The position numbers were made by a program, and so were the translations under genes. From positions 1-64,000 of the forward strand of contig CAVQUB010000007.1 of the NCBI GenBank assembly GCA_963716725.1: DNA of 64,000 nucleotides, read 5' to 3'. The notes under the pieces are model-generated. The model was given only the letters and a program-made list of their open reading frames with translations. It did not search any database and was not told the origin of the DNA. This stretch comes from an uncultured delta proteobacterium. Its GTDB lineage: Bacteria; Myxococcota_A; Polyangia; Polyangiales; Polyangiaceae. Below are positions 23,450-34,093 of this stretch, in pieces (the first letter of the stretch is position 1; each line of letters starts with the position of its first letter).

Positions 23450-24658
23450 ATGAGACTGCTGCTGTGCGCGGCCACATTGCTGGCCGCCGCCTGCGGGTCC
23501 TCGGTCGAGGTCGCGGCGGTCGTCCTGCTCGAGATCCCTGCGGCGCCCGGCAGCCTGGCTCCCGACCTGAGCGTCGGCGCCGACGGCGTCCCGCGCCTGA
23601 GCTGGATCGAGCCGGTCGGGGAGGGGCTGCACGCCCTGCGCTTCAGCGAGCTGGAGGGCGAGCGCTGGAGCCCGGCGCGCGAGATCGCCCGCGGCGCGGG
23701 CTGGTTCGTCAACTGGGCCGATGTCCCCACGCTCTGCGCGCTGGCCGACGGCACGCTCGCGGCCAGCTGGCTCGAGCGGATCGGCGCAGAGCCCCACGGC
23801 TACGGCGCCCGGGTGGTGCTGTCCGTGGACGGCGGCGCGAGCTGGAGCGAGCCGCGCTGGCTGCACTCCGACAGCTCGGAGGTCGAGCACGGCTTCGTGT
23901 CGCTGGCCCCGTTCGGCGCCGATACGTTCGGCAGCGCCTGGCTGGACGGACGCGCAGCGTCCTCGCAGGGCGGCGGGCACGGCGGCGCGATGCAGTTGCG
24001 CGGGCGCACGCTGCGGCGCGACGGCAGCCGCAGTCCCGACATGCTGCTGGACCCGCGCGTCTGCGACTGCTGCCCCACCGAGCTGGTGCGGGCCCTGGGC
24101 AACACCCTGATCGCCTATCGCGATCGCGGCGAGGACGAGGTGCGCGACATCGGCCTGATCTCGCTGGGTTCCTCGGGCCCGGTCCCGCGCCTGCTGCACC
24201 CCGACGGCTGGAGCATCGAGGGCTGCCCGGTCAACGGCCCGGCCCTCGACGTCCACGGGGCGCTGGTCGGGGCGGCCTGGTACACCGAGGGCGCAGGGCC
24301 GCGGCGCGTCCAGGTCGCCTTCTCGCGGGACGGCGGCGAGGCCTTCGACGCCCCTCGTGGCGTGTCCGGCGCCGAGCCCTTCGGCTCGGTGGACGCGGCC
24401 TTCGGACCGGACGGAGCGCTGTGGGTCTCCTGGCTCGAGGCGGAGACCGGCGCCGAGGGCGCCTGGCTGCTGCGGCGCGTAGATCCCGGTGGCGCGCTCG
24501 GCGCGACCTACCGGCTGGTCCCGTCCGTCGCCGAGCGCGCGGCGGGCATCGCCCGCCTGGTGCGCCACGGCCAGGGCTTGCTCTTCGCCTGGACCGAGGT
24601 GGGTCCGGACGGGTCCACGCGGGTGCGTTGCGCGCGCGTGGAACTCTCGGACGGGTGA
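23450..24658 (+). CDS. BNR/Asp-box (sialidase-like beta-propeller) lipoprotein with a CDCC motif
   Basis: Lipobox LAAAC; WFVNWADVP, SVDGGASWS, EHGFVS, VCDCCPT, GWSIEGCPVNGP, SRDGGEAF. Confidence 0.8.
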   Translation: MRLLLCAATLLAAACGSSVEVAAVVLLEIPAAPGSLAPDLSVGADGVPRLSWIEPVGEGLHALRFSELEGERWSPAREIARGAGWFVNWADVPTLCALADGTLAASWLERIGAEPHGYGARVVLSVDGGASWSEPRWLHSDSSEVEHGFVSLAPFGADTFGSAWLDGRAASSQGGGHGGAMQLRGRTLRRDGSRSPDMLLDPRVCDCCPTELVRALGNTLIAYRDRGEDEVRDIGLISLGSSGPVPRLLHPDGWSIEGCPVNGPALDVHGALVGAAWYTEGAGPRRVQVAFSRDGGEAFDAPRGVSGAEPFGSVDAAFGPDGALWVSWLEAETGAEGAWLLRRVDPGGALGATYRLVPSVAERAAGIARLVRHGQGLLFAWTEVGPDGSTRVRCARVELSDG

Positions 24659-24674
24659 GGGCGGCGGCCGGGAC

Positions 24675-24776
24675 TCAGAACAGCAGGCGGCCAAGGCCCA
24701 GGGCGACCTGGACGACCGCGAGCGCGACCAGGACCTCGGCGGTCCGGCACAGCGTGTAGGCAGCGAGGCGGGGCAT
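24675..24776 (-). CDS. 33-aa hydrophobic peptide (not in the ORF track)
   Basis: MPRLAAYTLCRTAEVLVALAVVQVALGLGRLLF*; strong AGAGGAG SD 7 nt upstream; GC3-rich codons. Confidence 0.6.
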   Translation of the reverse strand: MPRLAAYTLCRTAEVLVALAVVQVALGLGRLLF

Positions 24777-24872
24777 CTTCGAACTCCTCTCAGCTCACGC
24801 CCCGGGAGGGCGCCCGGGGCGGGGACACCCCCTCATCCGCAGGCCGGCTGCGGACCGGGCGAGCTTTCGGGT

Positions 24873-27039
24873 TCAGCCCGCCCGACCGTCCCGTGACTGG
24901 TCCGCGGGCGGGCGGCCGGAGTCCCTGGAGCGGCCCGGGGGTAGCAACAGGAGTGCGACCCCGAGCAGGGCCAGCCAGCCCAGGCGCGGGTCGGCCAGGA
25001 CCGGGACCCGCTCTCCGGCGACCAGGAGGGCGTTGTATCCCAGGTGCAGGACGACGGCCGGGATCAGGCTGCCGCAGCGGGCGACCAGCAGCGAGAGGCC
25101 GGCGCCCAGCACAGCCGTCGGCAGGAAGCGATACACCGACGCGTGGGCCAGGCCGAACAGCAGCGCCTGCCACAGGGCCACCTTGCGCGCGGACAGGTCG
25201 CGAGCGAGCCCGCCCTGGATCGCGCCCCGGAACAGCAGCTCCTCGCCGATGGCGGGAGACAAGGCCAGCGCGAACAGCAGCATGCCCAGGGGTTGCGCCA
25301 GGAGGTCGGCGAGGGGACCCGCGTCGGAGAGCTGGCTGGAGGGCATCGGGAGCACCCGTTGCTGCAGCGGCACCCATAGCCGCATGAGCGTCGCGAAGCC
25401 CGGCGCTGCCAGCAGCGCCCCCAGCACGTGCACGGCGCGCGGCGCCCGCAGTGCCAGCAGCTCGCCGACCGGGACCCGCGCGCGTCGCGCCAGGCCTCGC
25501 GCGGCCAGCAGCGCCAGCGCTGGTGCCAGCACCCACAACGTCAGCAGCAGCCCAGCCAGCGGACGCCAGGCCTGCAGCCGGCCGCCGACGACGTAGATCA
25601 GGAGCACGGCGGCGAAGCCCCAGGTGAGCGCGACCCGCGACTGGGTGCCGCGCAGCTGCGCTTCGCGCTCGTCGGCCTCGGTGGAGAGCACGCGCTCGGC
25701 GTCGAGCAGCCGCGTGATGCGGGTCAGGGCCAGGCAGGACCAGGCGCACCCGGCGGCGAACGAGAGCGTTCCCGGCAGCAGCGCCAGCCGTCCCAGCAGC
25801 GCGTCGCGCAGGGCCAGCCCCTGGCCGAAGAGCGGCACGAGCGCGGCGACGAGGTCGAGCTCGACGTCGCCCCAGCCCGCCGCGGCGGCCGGCAGGATCG
25901 CGACCAGCGTCAGCGGCAGGATCGCGTGCTGGCCCTCGCGGTAGCGTGCGCGCGCGCGCCGAGACCAGGCACAGCAGGGCGCACAGCAGCACGACCGCCG
26001 GCAGGAAGGCCAGCGCAGCGAGCGCCAGGCGGCCGACCTCCGGAGCCAGGGATCCGCTCACGTGCTCCACACCCGGCAGGCTCCCAAGCCCCAGCGCGAC
26101 CGACATCAGGAGGCTGCCGGCGTTGCTGACCAGCGCCGCCAGCGCGAGCAGCAGGACGGCGGCGAACTTGCCCCAGGCCAGCGGCTGGGTCGGGACAGGC
26201 TGCACCAGGAGCGTCTCGAGCGTCTGGCTCTCGCGCTCGCCGGCGTAGGTCGAGAGCGCCCCGAAGGCGCCGCCCGAGAGCACGACCAGGACCGACAGCA
26301 GCGGCAGCAGGCGCCCCAGCGCGGCTCCGCTCGCCGCCTGGCTGGTGGCGACGTCCAGCACCTCCGCATCCAGGCCACGCCCGGGGTCCTGGCTGCCGAG
26401 CACGCGCTCGCGCAGCCCCTCGGCCTCGCTGCGCTCGAGCTCACGCAGCACCTTCCGCACGCGACGGCGGGCTTCGTTGGAGAGGTCGTCGGAGCCCTCG
26501 TAGTGCACGCGGAAGACGATGCGCCGCGCCAGCGTGTGGTGGGGGATCACGGTCACGAGCGCGTCGCGGCCCTCGGCCAGCAGGTCGCGGGCCGCGGCCA
26601 GGTCCCCGTCGACGCTGCTGCCCAGACCGGCCTGGACGCCCGCGGCCACGACGCGTATGCGCTCGGCGTCGACGTCGAAGAGCTCGATCGGGATCTCCCC
26701 GGCCAGCTCGCGCCGCAGGGCCTCGGCCAGCTCGGGGGGGGCGCCCTCGAGGTCCAGCCCCACGACGACCCTGCGCGCGGCCATCGTCTCGCGCGAGACC
26801 TGCTGCAGCCACGAGTTGCCGGCGAACAGCAGCGGGTAGAGCACGACGGGCAGGATCACCGCAGTGAAGATCGCGCGCCGGTCCCTGATCAGCCGCAGCA
26901 GCTCGCTGGCGAGCACCAGGCGCGCCACGACCAGCGCCGGGAGCGAGCCGCCCCGGGTCGCGGCGAAGTCGCGCCCAGCGCGGGCCCTGTGCGCCGGCGG
27001 CCGGCGCGGCGCGCGGCGGCGCGCGGGGCGGCTCGTCAC
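24873..27039 (-). CDS. NatB-like ABC permease fused to a CPBP (Abi/CAAX) intramembrane protease (frameshift near 25945)
   Basis: RDRRAIF, AGERESQTLETLLVQP, GKF; C-terminal PAIGEELLFRG, FGLAH and HLGYN CPBP motifs. Confidence 0.85.
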
Positions 27040-27833
27040 CGAGCGCCCTCCGCGCCGCCGCCGGCCTCTTCGACCAGGGCCCGGAAGACGTCCTCGAGCC
27101 ACTCCTTGCCGGTGCGCGCGGCCAGCTCGTCGTAGCTGCCGGCGGCGAGCAGGCGGCCGCCGTGGATCACGCCGATGCGATCGCACAGCCGCTCGGCCTC
27201 GGACAGGATGTGCGTGCTGAACAGCACGCACGTGCCCGCCGCGCGGCGCGACTCGATGAAGTCGATCATGGCGCTCGAGGCCAGGATGTCGAGGCCGGTC
27301 GTGGGCTCGTCGAGGATCAGCACCGGCGGGTCGTGCAGGACGGCGCGCGCGATCGAGACGCGCTGCTTCTGACCGGTCGAGAGCCCGTCGCAGCGTCCGT
27401 CGGCGAAGCCGCGCATGTCGAAGGCCGCGATCAGCTCCTCGATGCGCGCCTCCAGCGCGGCGGCCTCGAGCCCGTGCAGGCGCCCGAAGTAGCGCAGCGT
27501 CTCGCGCGCGGTCAGGCGCGGGTACAGCCCGGTCGAGGCCGAGAGGAAGCCGAGCCGTCGGCGCACGTCGAGCGGATCGGCGACCACGTCGACGCCGTCG
27601 ACCCGCGCCTGTCCGGCGCTGGGAGCGAGGATCGTCGCCAGGATGCGCAGGGTCGTGGTCTTGCCCGCGCCGTTCGGGCCGAGCAGGCCGTAGATCTCGC
27701 CCGCACGGCACTCGAGGTCGAGGCCGCGCAGGGCCTCGACGCTGCCCCGGCGCGGATCGCGGTAGACCTTGGAGAGGCCGCGTGCCTCGACGGCGACGGC
27801 GGGCGCGGATGTGGCGCTGGGCTCAGGGGGCAT
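27036..27833 (-). CDS. NatA-like ABC ATPase
   Basis: GPNGAGKTT, LSTGQKQRV, ILDEPTTGLD, FSTH. Confidence 0.92.
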   Translation of the reverse strand: MPPEPSATSAPAVAVEARGLSKVYRDPRRGSVEALRGLDLECRAGEIYGLLGPNGAGKTTTLRILATILAPSAGQARVDGVDVVADPLDVRRRLGFLSASTGLYPRLTARETLRYFGRLHGLEAAALEARIEELIAAFDMRGFADGRCDGLSTGQKQRVSIARAVLHDPPVLILDEPTTGLDILASSAMIDFIESRRAAGTCVLFSTHILSEAERLCDRIGVIHGGRLLAAGSYDELAARTGKEWLEDVFRALVEEAGGGAEGAR

Positions 27834-29145
27834 GTTCTGTGGAGCGCAGCAGGCGCAGCAGCCTGGACAGCGGCAGGGTCTGGTCGGCGAGCTGGACACC
27901 CTCGCGGGAGAGCAGGCGCACAGCCAGCCGGATGGCGATCAGAGCGTAGACGAGCAGCGACAGGGCCGTGAGCGTGTACTCGGCCGGGAGCACGCGGCCC
28001 TGGAGCATGCTGCGGAAGGCCAGCACCACGTTGACGACGGGCACGACGGCCCAGCGCAGGTCGAGCGTGAGTCCAGGCAGCACCGCGACCATGGCCGGCA
28101 GCAGGAACACCATCTGGACAGGCCCGAGCAGCGCTTGCCCCTCCTTGAAGGTGGCCGCCATCGAGGCCACGCCGACCAGCACGGCGCTGACGAAGAAGGC
28201 GAACATCAGCGCCAGGGGCAGGACAGCGATCAGGGCCACGACGGGGATGCCCGCCAGGCCCAGCCCCAGCTCGCTGGAGAGCATCGAGAGCAGGTGCTCC
28301 GCCGAGAGCCCCAGGGCGGTCAGGTTGAGGACGGTGGCCAGGACGCTCGCCGCGCAGACGGCGAGGATCTTGCCCTGGTGGATCGCCACGCGCGGGACCG
28401 GCAGCAGCAGCGTCGTCTCCGCTGTCGAGCGCTCCTTCTCCCCGGCGGTCACGTCGACGGCGGGGAAGAAGGCGCCCATCACGCACATCACCACCAGCAG
28501 CATGGGCAGCATGAACGAGAGGATGTACGCGAGCATGTCGCGTCCGGGCGCGACGTTGGCGTCCTCGATCTCGAACGGCACCAGGTCCTCGGGGCTCGCC
28601 CCCAGGCGGCCGGAGGCCGCGTTGCGCGCCCTGAAGAGGTAGTCGTCCAGGCGCTCCTCGAGGCGCTTGCGGGCCAGCCTGGAGAGGCTGTCGGAGCCGT
28701 CGAAGTACAGTTGCGCGCGTCGCTGCGCGTCGTCGGACGGCCCGCGGCCGGGTAGCCACAGCACCGCGTCCGGCGCGTCCTCGGCGTCCTGCGCGGCGAG
28801 CCAGGCGCGCGCCGCGTCCTGGTCCAGGGGGCGCGGCGGGCGCACGACGCGCAGCAGCTCGAGGCGCTGGCTGCCCCCGGCGCCGGAGTCCTGGCGCCGC
28901 TCGAGCGCGCTGACCAGGCTCGCCGGAACCTGCTCCGGCGCCGTCGTGGCCAGGCCCACCAGGACCTCGGTGCGCTCCCGCCGGCCCTGCAGCACCAGCG
29001 CGCCCTGCAGCATGATCCAGAACAGGACCGGATACATGCAGATCGGCAGCACGACGGTGTAGATCAGCGTCTGCCGGTCGCGGAAGCTGCCGCGCAGCTC
29101 CTCGCCGGCGATCAGCAGCGTCGCCTTCCAGGTCGGGGTGGGCAC
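27823..29145 (-). CDS. Second NatB-like ABC-2 permease
   Basis: RDRQTL, AVDVTAGEKERSTAETTLLLP, GKILAV, TFKEGQ; multiple TM helices. Confidence 0.88.
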   Translation of the reverse strand: MPTPTWKATLLIAGEELRGSFRDRQTLIYTVVLPICMYPVLFWIMLQGALVLQGRRERTEVLVGLATTAPEQVPASLVSALERRQDSGAGGSQRLELLRVVRPPRPLDQDAARAWLAAQDAEDAPDAVLWLPGRGPSDDAQRRAQLYFDGSDSLSRLARKRLEERLDDYLFRARNAASGRLGASPEDLVPFEIEDANVAPGRDMLAYILSFMLPMLLVVMCVMGAFFPAVDVTAGEKERSTAETTLLLPVPRVAIHQGKILAVCAASVLATVLNLTALGLSAEHLLSMLSSELGLGLAGIPVVALIAVLPLALMFAFFVSAVLVGVASMAATFKEGQALLGPVQMVFLLPAMVAVLPGLTLDLRWAVVPVVNVVLAFRSMLQGRVLPAEYTLTALSLLVYALIAIRLAVRLLSREGVQLADQTLPLSRLLRLLRSTEHAP

Positions 29146-29166
29146 GAGGCGGCCGGGGTGTGCGCC

Positions 29167-30490
29167 TCAGGCAGGCGACAGGAGCGAGCTCTGCCAGGAG
29201 CCGAAGTGGTCGGCTCCTTCGTCGGTCACGGCCACGATGTCCTCGATGCGCACGCCGAAGCGGTCGAGCAGGTAGATCCCCGGCTCGTTGGAGAGCGTCA
29301 TGCCGCGCTGCAGCACGACCTCGCTGCCGCCGTCGAAGTACGGGTCCTCGTGACCCTCCAGACCGATGCCGTGCCCGAGCCGGTGGGTGAAGACCTCGAA
29401 GCCCGCCCGGGTAGCCCGCGGCCTCGATCGAGGCGCGCGCGGCGCGGTCGACGTCGCGCGCCAGCACGCCGGGTCGGATGGCCTCGAAGGCCCGGCGCTG
29501 CGCGTCGCGCACCGCGTTCCAGGCGCGCGTCTGGTCGGCGCCCGGCGCGCGCTCCCACGCACCAGGTGCGCGTGTTGTCGCTCTGGTAGTCGTGCAGCAT
29601 CCCGCCGGTGTCGACCAGCAGCAGGTCTCCCGGGGCGATCACGCGGCCCAGCTCTTCCCCGTGGGGATAGGCCGCGGCCGGCCCGACCAGCGCCAGGCAC
29701 CAGGTGCTCGGTGAGGCCCAGGCGCCGTTGCGCGGTGTGCATCATCTGGGCCACATCGCTGCCGCTCAGGCCCGGCTCGACGTGCCGGCTGACCGCGACG
29801 ATCGCGCGCTGCGTGAGCTCGTTCGCGCGCCGCAGCAGCGCGAGCTCGTGCGCGTCCTTGCGGCCGCGCAGCTCGATCAGGATGTCGCGCCCGTCGAGCG
29901 ACGGCCCGGCGCCGAGGGCGCGCGGCGAGTCCCGTGGCGATGAAGAAGCGCGCCTGCGGGTCGAGCGCGACCCGCTCGGCCCGGCGCGCTCCCAGCGCCG
30001 CGGCGAGCGGCGCCCAGGCGTACTCGTCCTCGTGCCAGGTCACGATCTCGCCCCCCGGGCTGGCGGGGTCGGGGGCGCGCTCCAGGCGCAGGCGCGCGCG
30101 CTCGGCCTCGAAGGAGGGGCAGAGCCAGAAGTGGCCGCCGTCGGCCAGGACGATCAGCGCGAACAGGCGCTCGGACCGCCCCCAGCCGAAGCCGGTGAGG
30201 TAGGTCATCGTCGGGCCGCCCTCGCACAGGAATGCATCCAGGCCGCGAGCGGCGAGCAGGCTCCCCAGGCGGGCGCGGCGGTCGGCGCGCTCGGCCGGCT
30301 GGATCGGATCGATCGAGGCGCTCTCGTCGACGAGGTCGGCGAAGAGCCCGTCGACGCGCGGCTGCGGCTGCGGGGCCGGAGCGGCGCTCGGCCCGGACCG
30401 TTCGGCGCCAGCGCATCCGGCCAAGGCGGCGCCGGCGGCGCCCGCCAGGAGCTCCCGACGCGAGGGGGTCGGATTCGGAGGCGGTTGCAT
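29167..30490 (-). CDS. Xaa-Pro peptidase (M24B), Tat-exported lipoprotein (frameshifted)
   Basis: SRRELL...[17 protein letters not shown]...[34 protein letters not shown]. Confidence 0.9.
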
Positions 30491-30719
30491 GGCGGGCGAG
30501 CCTAGCCCCGCTGGAGGGGGACAGGAAGGCCCCCCGACGAGCCCGAGGGGGGGATCGCCGTTCCTGCTGCGGAACGCCACCCTGGCTGGCCGATCCAGTC
30601 TCACAGGGCTCGGAGCGCCGGGGAGGCGTCCCGGCGGACGGGGGCGTCCCGGTGGAACGGGCCTTGCGGAAGACGGACACGGCCGCCCCCCGGGCGGCTC
30701 CCAGCCATCGAGGACCCAC

Positions 30720-32809
30720 ATGGCCCATGCCCACCTGCGTTCCAGGATAGCCACCGCACTAGTCTCGCTCGTGCTCACCGGGATCGCGTTGGGCTCGACT
30801 TCCCTGGCGGCCTCGGCGCAGGGCCAGCACGCCGGCGAGCCGGGGCGGGTGCCCGGCGTGCTTCCCAGCGGCTACAAGGGGCCGGCCGACTCGGTCGCGC
30901 CGCGGGCAGCGTGCCGACCGGCCCGGAAACAGCGGGGACCGGCGTCACGCGAACGGGAGCCACCGGCGCCAGGCCGGGGCCGTCGGTCGCCACCCCTGCG
31001 GTCGACGTCGCCACGCTGATCTACTTCTTCGAGCGGGACGAGAACGACTGGCGCATCTGGTGGCGCCTCAACCGCGACCCGCTGCTGGTCGTCGACCCCT
31101 CGGCCGCCCTGCCGCTTTCGACCGACGGGGGCTTCTATCTGGGCGAGGGCGACGCCGACCGCGACCAGAGCCGGATCGTCTCGGCCGGCACCGTGGCCGA
31201 GCAGGTGCTCCCTGGCCTGATCGAGGCGCTGGAGAGCGAGAGCTCACCCGCCGTGCGCAGCTCGATCCTGGTGGCGCTCGGTCGCGCCGGCTCGCTGGCC
31301 GGCGAGTCGACGGCACGCCGCGTGCTCGCGCTCGTCGCCGACCCGGACCGCGGCGTGACCGAAGCCGCCATCCTGGCGGCCGGACTGCAGGCCGACCCCT
31401 ACGTCGTGCGCCGCCTGATCCACATCGTCCACGGTTGCGAGGCCGGCGTCGAGCTGCTCGGCGGTCGGGTGGCGGACACGCGCCTGAGCGCATTCACGGC
31501 GCTGGCCATCGGCCTGGGCGTGCGTCGCAGCGGGCACGAGGACCTGCGACGCTTCGTCGCCTTCGACCTGGCGCGCACGGCCTCCAACCCGTTCTCCGCG
31601 CCGGACGTCCCCGCCGCCTGCGTGGCGGCCGTGGGCCTGCTGCCGCTGCCCTGGCGGGGGGACCTGACGCCCGACGAGACGCGCGCCGCGCCGCACGCCT
31701 CGCGCGAGGGGCAACTGGCCTGGCTGCTCCAGGCCGCGGTCGCCGAGGGCGTGCATCGTCAGGTGCGCGGCCACGCCGCCCTGGCCCTCGGCCGTCTGTG
31801 CGAAGGGGCCACGCCGCAGTGGCGCGAGCACGTGGGGCGCAGGCTGCTCGAGCTCCTGGACGAGGACACCAAGGCCTGCCTCGAGGCGCGCCAGGGTGCG
31901 GCCATCGCCCTGGGGCAGCTCGGCGACTGCGACGAGGACGCCCTCGACCGCCGCATCCGGCGCGACCTCGTGCGCGCCTCGCGCAAGGGCGACGCGCTGA
32001 CGCGGCGCTACGCGCTGGTGGCGATCGCTCGGGTCGCCGCGCGCGCCGGCACCGGCGCGGGCTCGCCCGACCACGGGCGCGGCGAGCTCGTCGCGCACCT
32101 CCTGACCCAGCTGACCCACGGGCGCGCCGGCCTCGACGCCTGGTCGGCGCTCGCGCTGGGGACGCTCCAGCGCGAGCTGTTCCGCGGCGGCGTGGCCCCC
32201 TCGCGCGACGTGCAGGAGGCGCTGGCCCGCGAGCTGCTGGACTGCCGGACCCCGACGACGGCCGGCGCCTTCGCCCTGGGCCTGGCCCTGTCGCACGCGC
32301 CCGGTGCCGGAGCGCAGCTCGCCGAGGCGCTCGAGCGCTTCGGGGGCGACGAGCCGGCCGCCGCCGCCATCGCGCTCGCCCTGGGCCTGACGGGCGGTCC
32401 AGAAGCTCGCGTCGAGCTGGTCGAACTGATCGAGGGCACCAGCGGCCGCCCCGCGCTGCTGCACGATGCGGCCCTCGCGCTGGCCCTCACCGGCGACTTC
32501 GACGGCACGCCGCGCCTCGTGCGCGCCTTCGAGACGACCAGCGCTCTCGACTCGCGCGCGGCCCTGGCCTCCGCCCTGGGCCGCACGGGCGACGCGCGCG
32601 CGATCCAGCCGCTGCTGTCGGCCCTGCGCGACACGACCAGCCCGCAGAGCGCACGGGCGCTGGCGGCCCGCGGCCTGGGGTGGCTCGTCGACCAGGGCGG
32701 CGCGCCCGTCTGGACGCCGCTCTCCTGCGACCTCAACTGGGGCGCGGACACATCCACCCTGGCGGGACTGGGTGGGAGCGACTTCATGGCGCTGCTGCGC
32801 GACTTCTGA
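30720..32809 (+). CDS. Secreted HEAT-repeat protein (frameshift near 30910)
   Basis: Signal peptide, GAGGA SD; WRIWWRLNRD followed by repeated xAAxALG helices (SALGRTGDARAIQPLL). Confidence 0.75.
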
Positions 32810-32865
32810 GCGCACGCCGGGGGGATCGAGCGCCTGCGCGGGATGTCACCCGCGCGGGCCTCGGA

Positions 32866-33207
32866 TCAGCGCTCGTCCTGGCTCGAGCCCGTGCGGACCG
32901 GCGCGCCTGAGGCGCTGGGCAGCGGCGCGGCGGGGACCCCGACCTGCGGCTGCGGCTCGACGGGCTGCGGCTCGACGGACTGCGCGACCTCGACGACCCC
33001 GTCCGGCCGCGGAGCGGGGCGCTGGGGTCCGCCAGGGAGTCCTCCCCGCAGGGCACCCAGGACGGCCTGCCAGCGCACGAAGGCCGTGCGCACGAGCGAA
33101 GGTTCCTGGGGCGCGGGGGCGGGCGTCGAGGGCACGCAGGCTCCGGGGCACCAGGGCCGCCTCCTGCGAGGCGACCAGCGAACGCGCGCTCTCTTGCCTG
33201 TAGACAC
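32866..33207 (-). CDS. Possible small Pro-rich hypothetical protein
   Basis: Fills the gap between the HEAT gene and lepB; VEPQPVEPQP repeat; no family motif; start uncertain. Confidence 0.3.
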   Translation of the reverse strand: MSTGKRARVRWSPRRRRPWCPGACVPSTPAPAPQEPSLVRTAFVRWQAVLGALRGGLPGGPQRPAPRPDGVVEVAQSVEPQPVEPQPQVGVPAAPLPSASGAPVRTGSSQDER

Positions 33208-33372
33208 CCTCGAGCCTCACCAAGGGGATCGACCACGCCGGGTCGGACTCTTGAGTCGTCCCCGCGCGGGCCCCGCGCGGGCGCGGCTCCGTGCTGCGCC
33301 GCGCGGCGGTCCTGGCGCACTTGTCGAGGTCCCGTCAAGACGCCGACCCCGTGTGGCCGATGCACGCTGCGC

Positions 33373-34053
33373 TTGGTCCCCACCAGCGAGTCCACGACCC
33401 CGGCGGCGACGCTCCTCGGCCAGCCCACTGCGGCCCCCGCTGGCGGCGTCGACACCGCCAGCGAGCCCGTGCTCGCGCCGCGCGTCGGGCACGAGCCGCC
33501 GTTCGAGGACGACGGGACGGGAGCCGGGGCGATCCAGGAGCCCGCCCCGGCCCCGTCGCGTCGTCCGATCGGCGGCTGGCTGCAACTGGCGCTCAGCGTG
33601 CTGCTCCTGTACCTGGGGCTGTTCCACCTCTCGGTCGTCCGCGGCAGCTCGATGGCGCCCTCGATCCACGACGGCGATCGCATCCTGATCGACCCGCTCA
33701 GCTACTTCCTGCACCCCGTCGAGCGCGGCGACATCGTGGTCCTCAAGTACCCGCTCGATCCGTCGGTGGACTACATCAAGCGGGTCGTCGGTCTGCCCGG
33801 GGACGAGGTGCTGATCGAGGAGGGCGCGGTGTGGGTCAACGGTCGGGCCATCGACGAGCCCTACGTCGCCAGCTCCGATCCCTTCTGCTCGCTGCGCGTG
33901 CGCGTCAAGCCGGCGCACTACTTCGTGCTGGGTGACAACCGCCTGCGCTCCTGCGACAGCCGCGAGTTCGGTCAGGTGCCGGCGGACTACGTGCGCGGCA
34001 AGGTCGAGCTGCGCCTGTGGCCGCCTGCGCGGGCCGGCCTGATCGACCGCTAG
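33373..34053 (+). CDS. lepB: Signal peptidase I
   Basis: TM helix, GSSMAPS (catalytic Ser), RGDIVV, DYIKRVVGLPGD (catalytic Lys), GDNRLRSCDSREFG; start uncertain. Confidence 0.93.
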   Translation: MVPTSESTTPAATLLGQPTAAPAGGVDTASEPVLAPRVGHEPPFEDDGTGAGAIQEPAPAPSRRPIGGWLQLALSVLLLYLGLFHLSVVRGSSMAPSIHDGDRILIDPLSYFLHPVERGDIVVLKYPLDPSVDYIKRVVGLPGDEVLIEEGAVWVNGRAIDEPYVASSDPFCSLRVRVKPAHYFVLGDNRLRSCDSREFGQVPADYVRGKVELRLWPPARAGLIDR

Positions 34054-34093
34054 GGGCGCGCCGCGCCGCGGTCGGTCTGCTAGGCTGGACGCC

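Noticed and set aside
33310..33330. Sigma54-like TGGCGC element upstream of lepB
   Set aside because: No correctly spaced TTGC -12 element.
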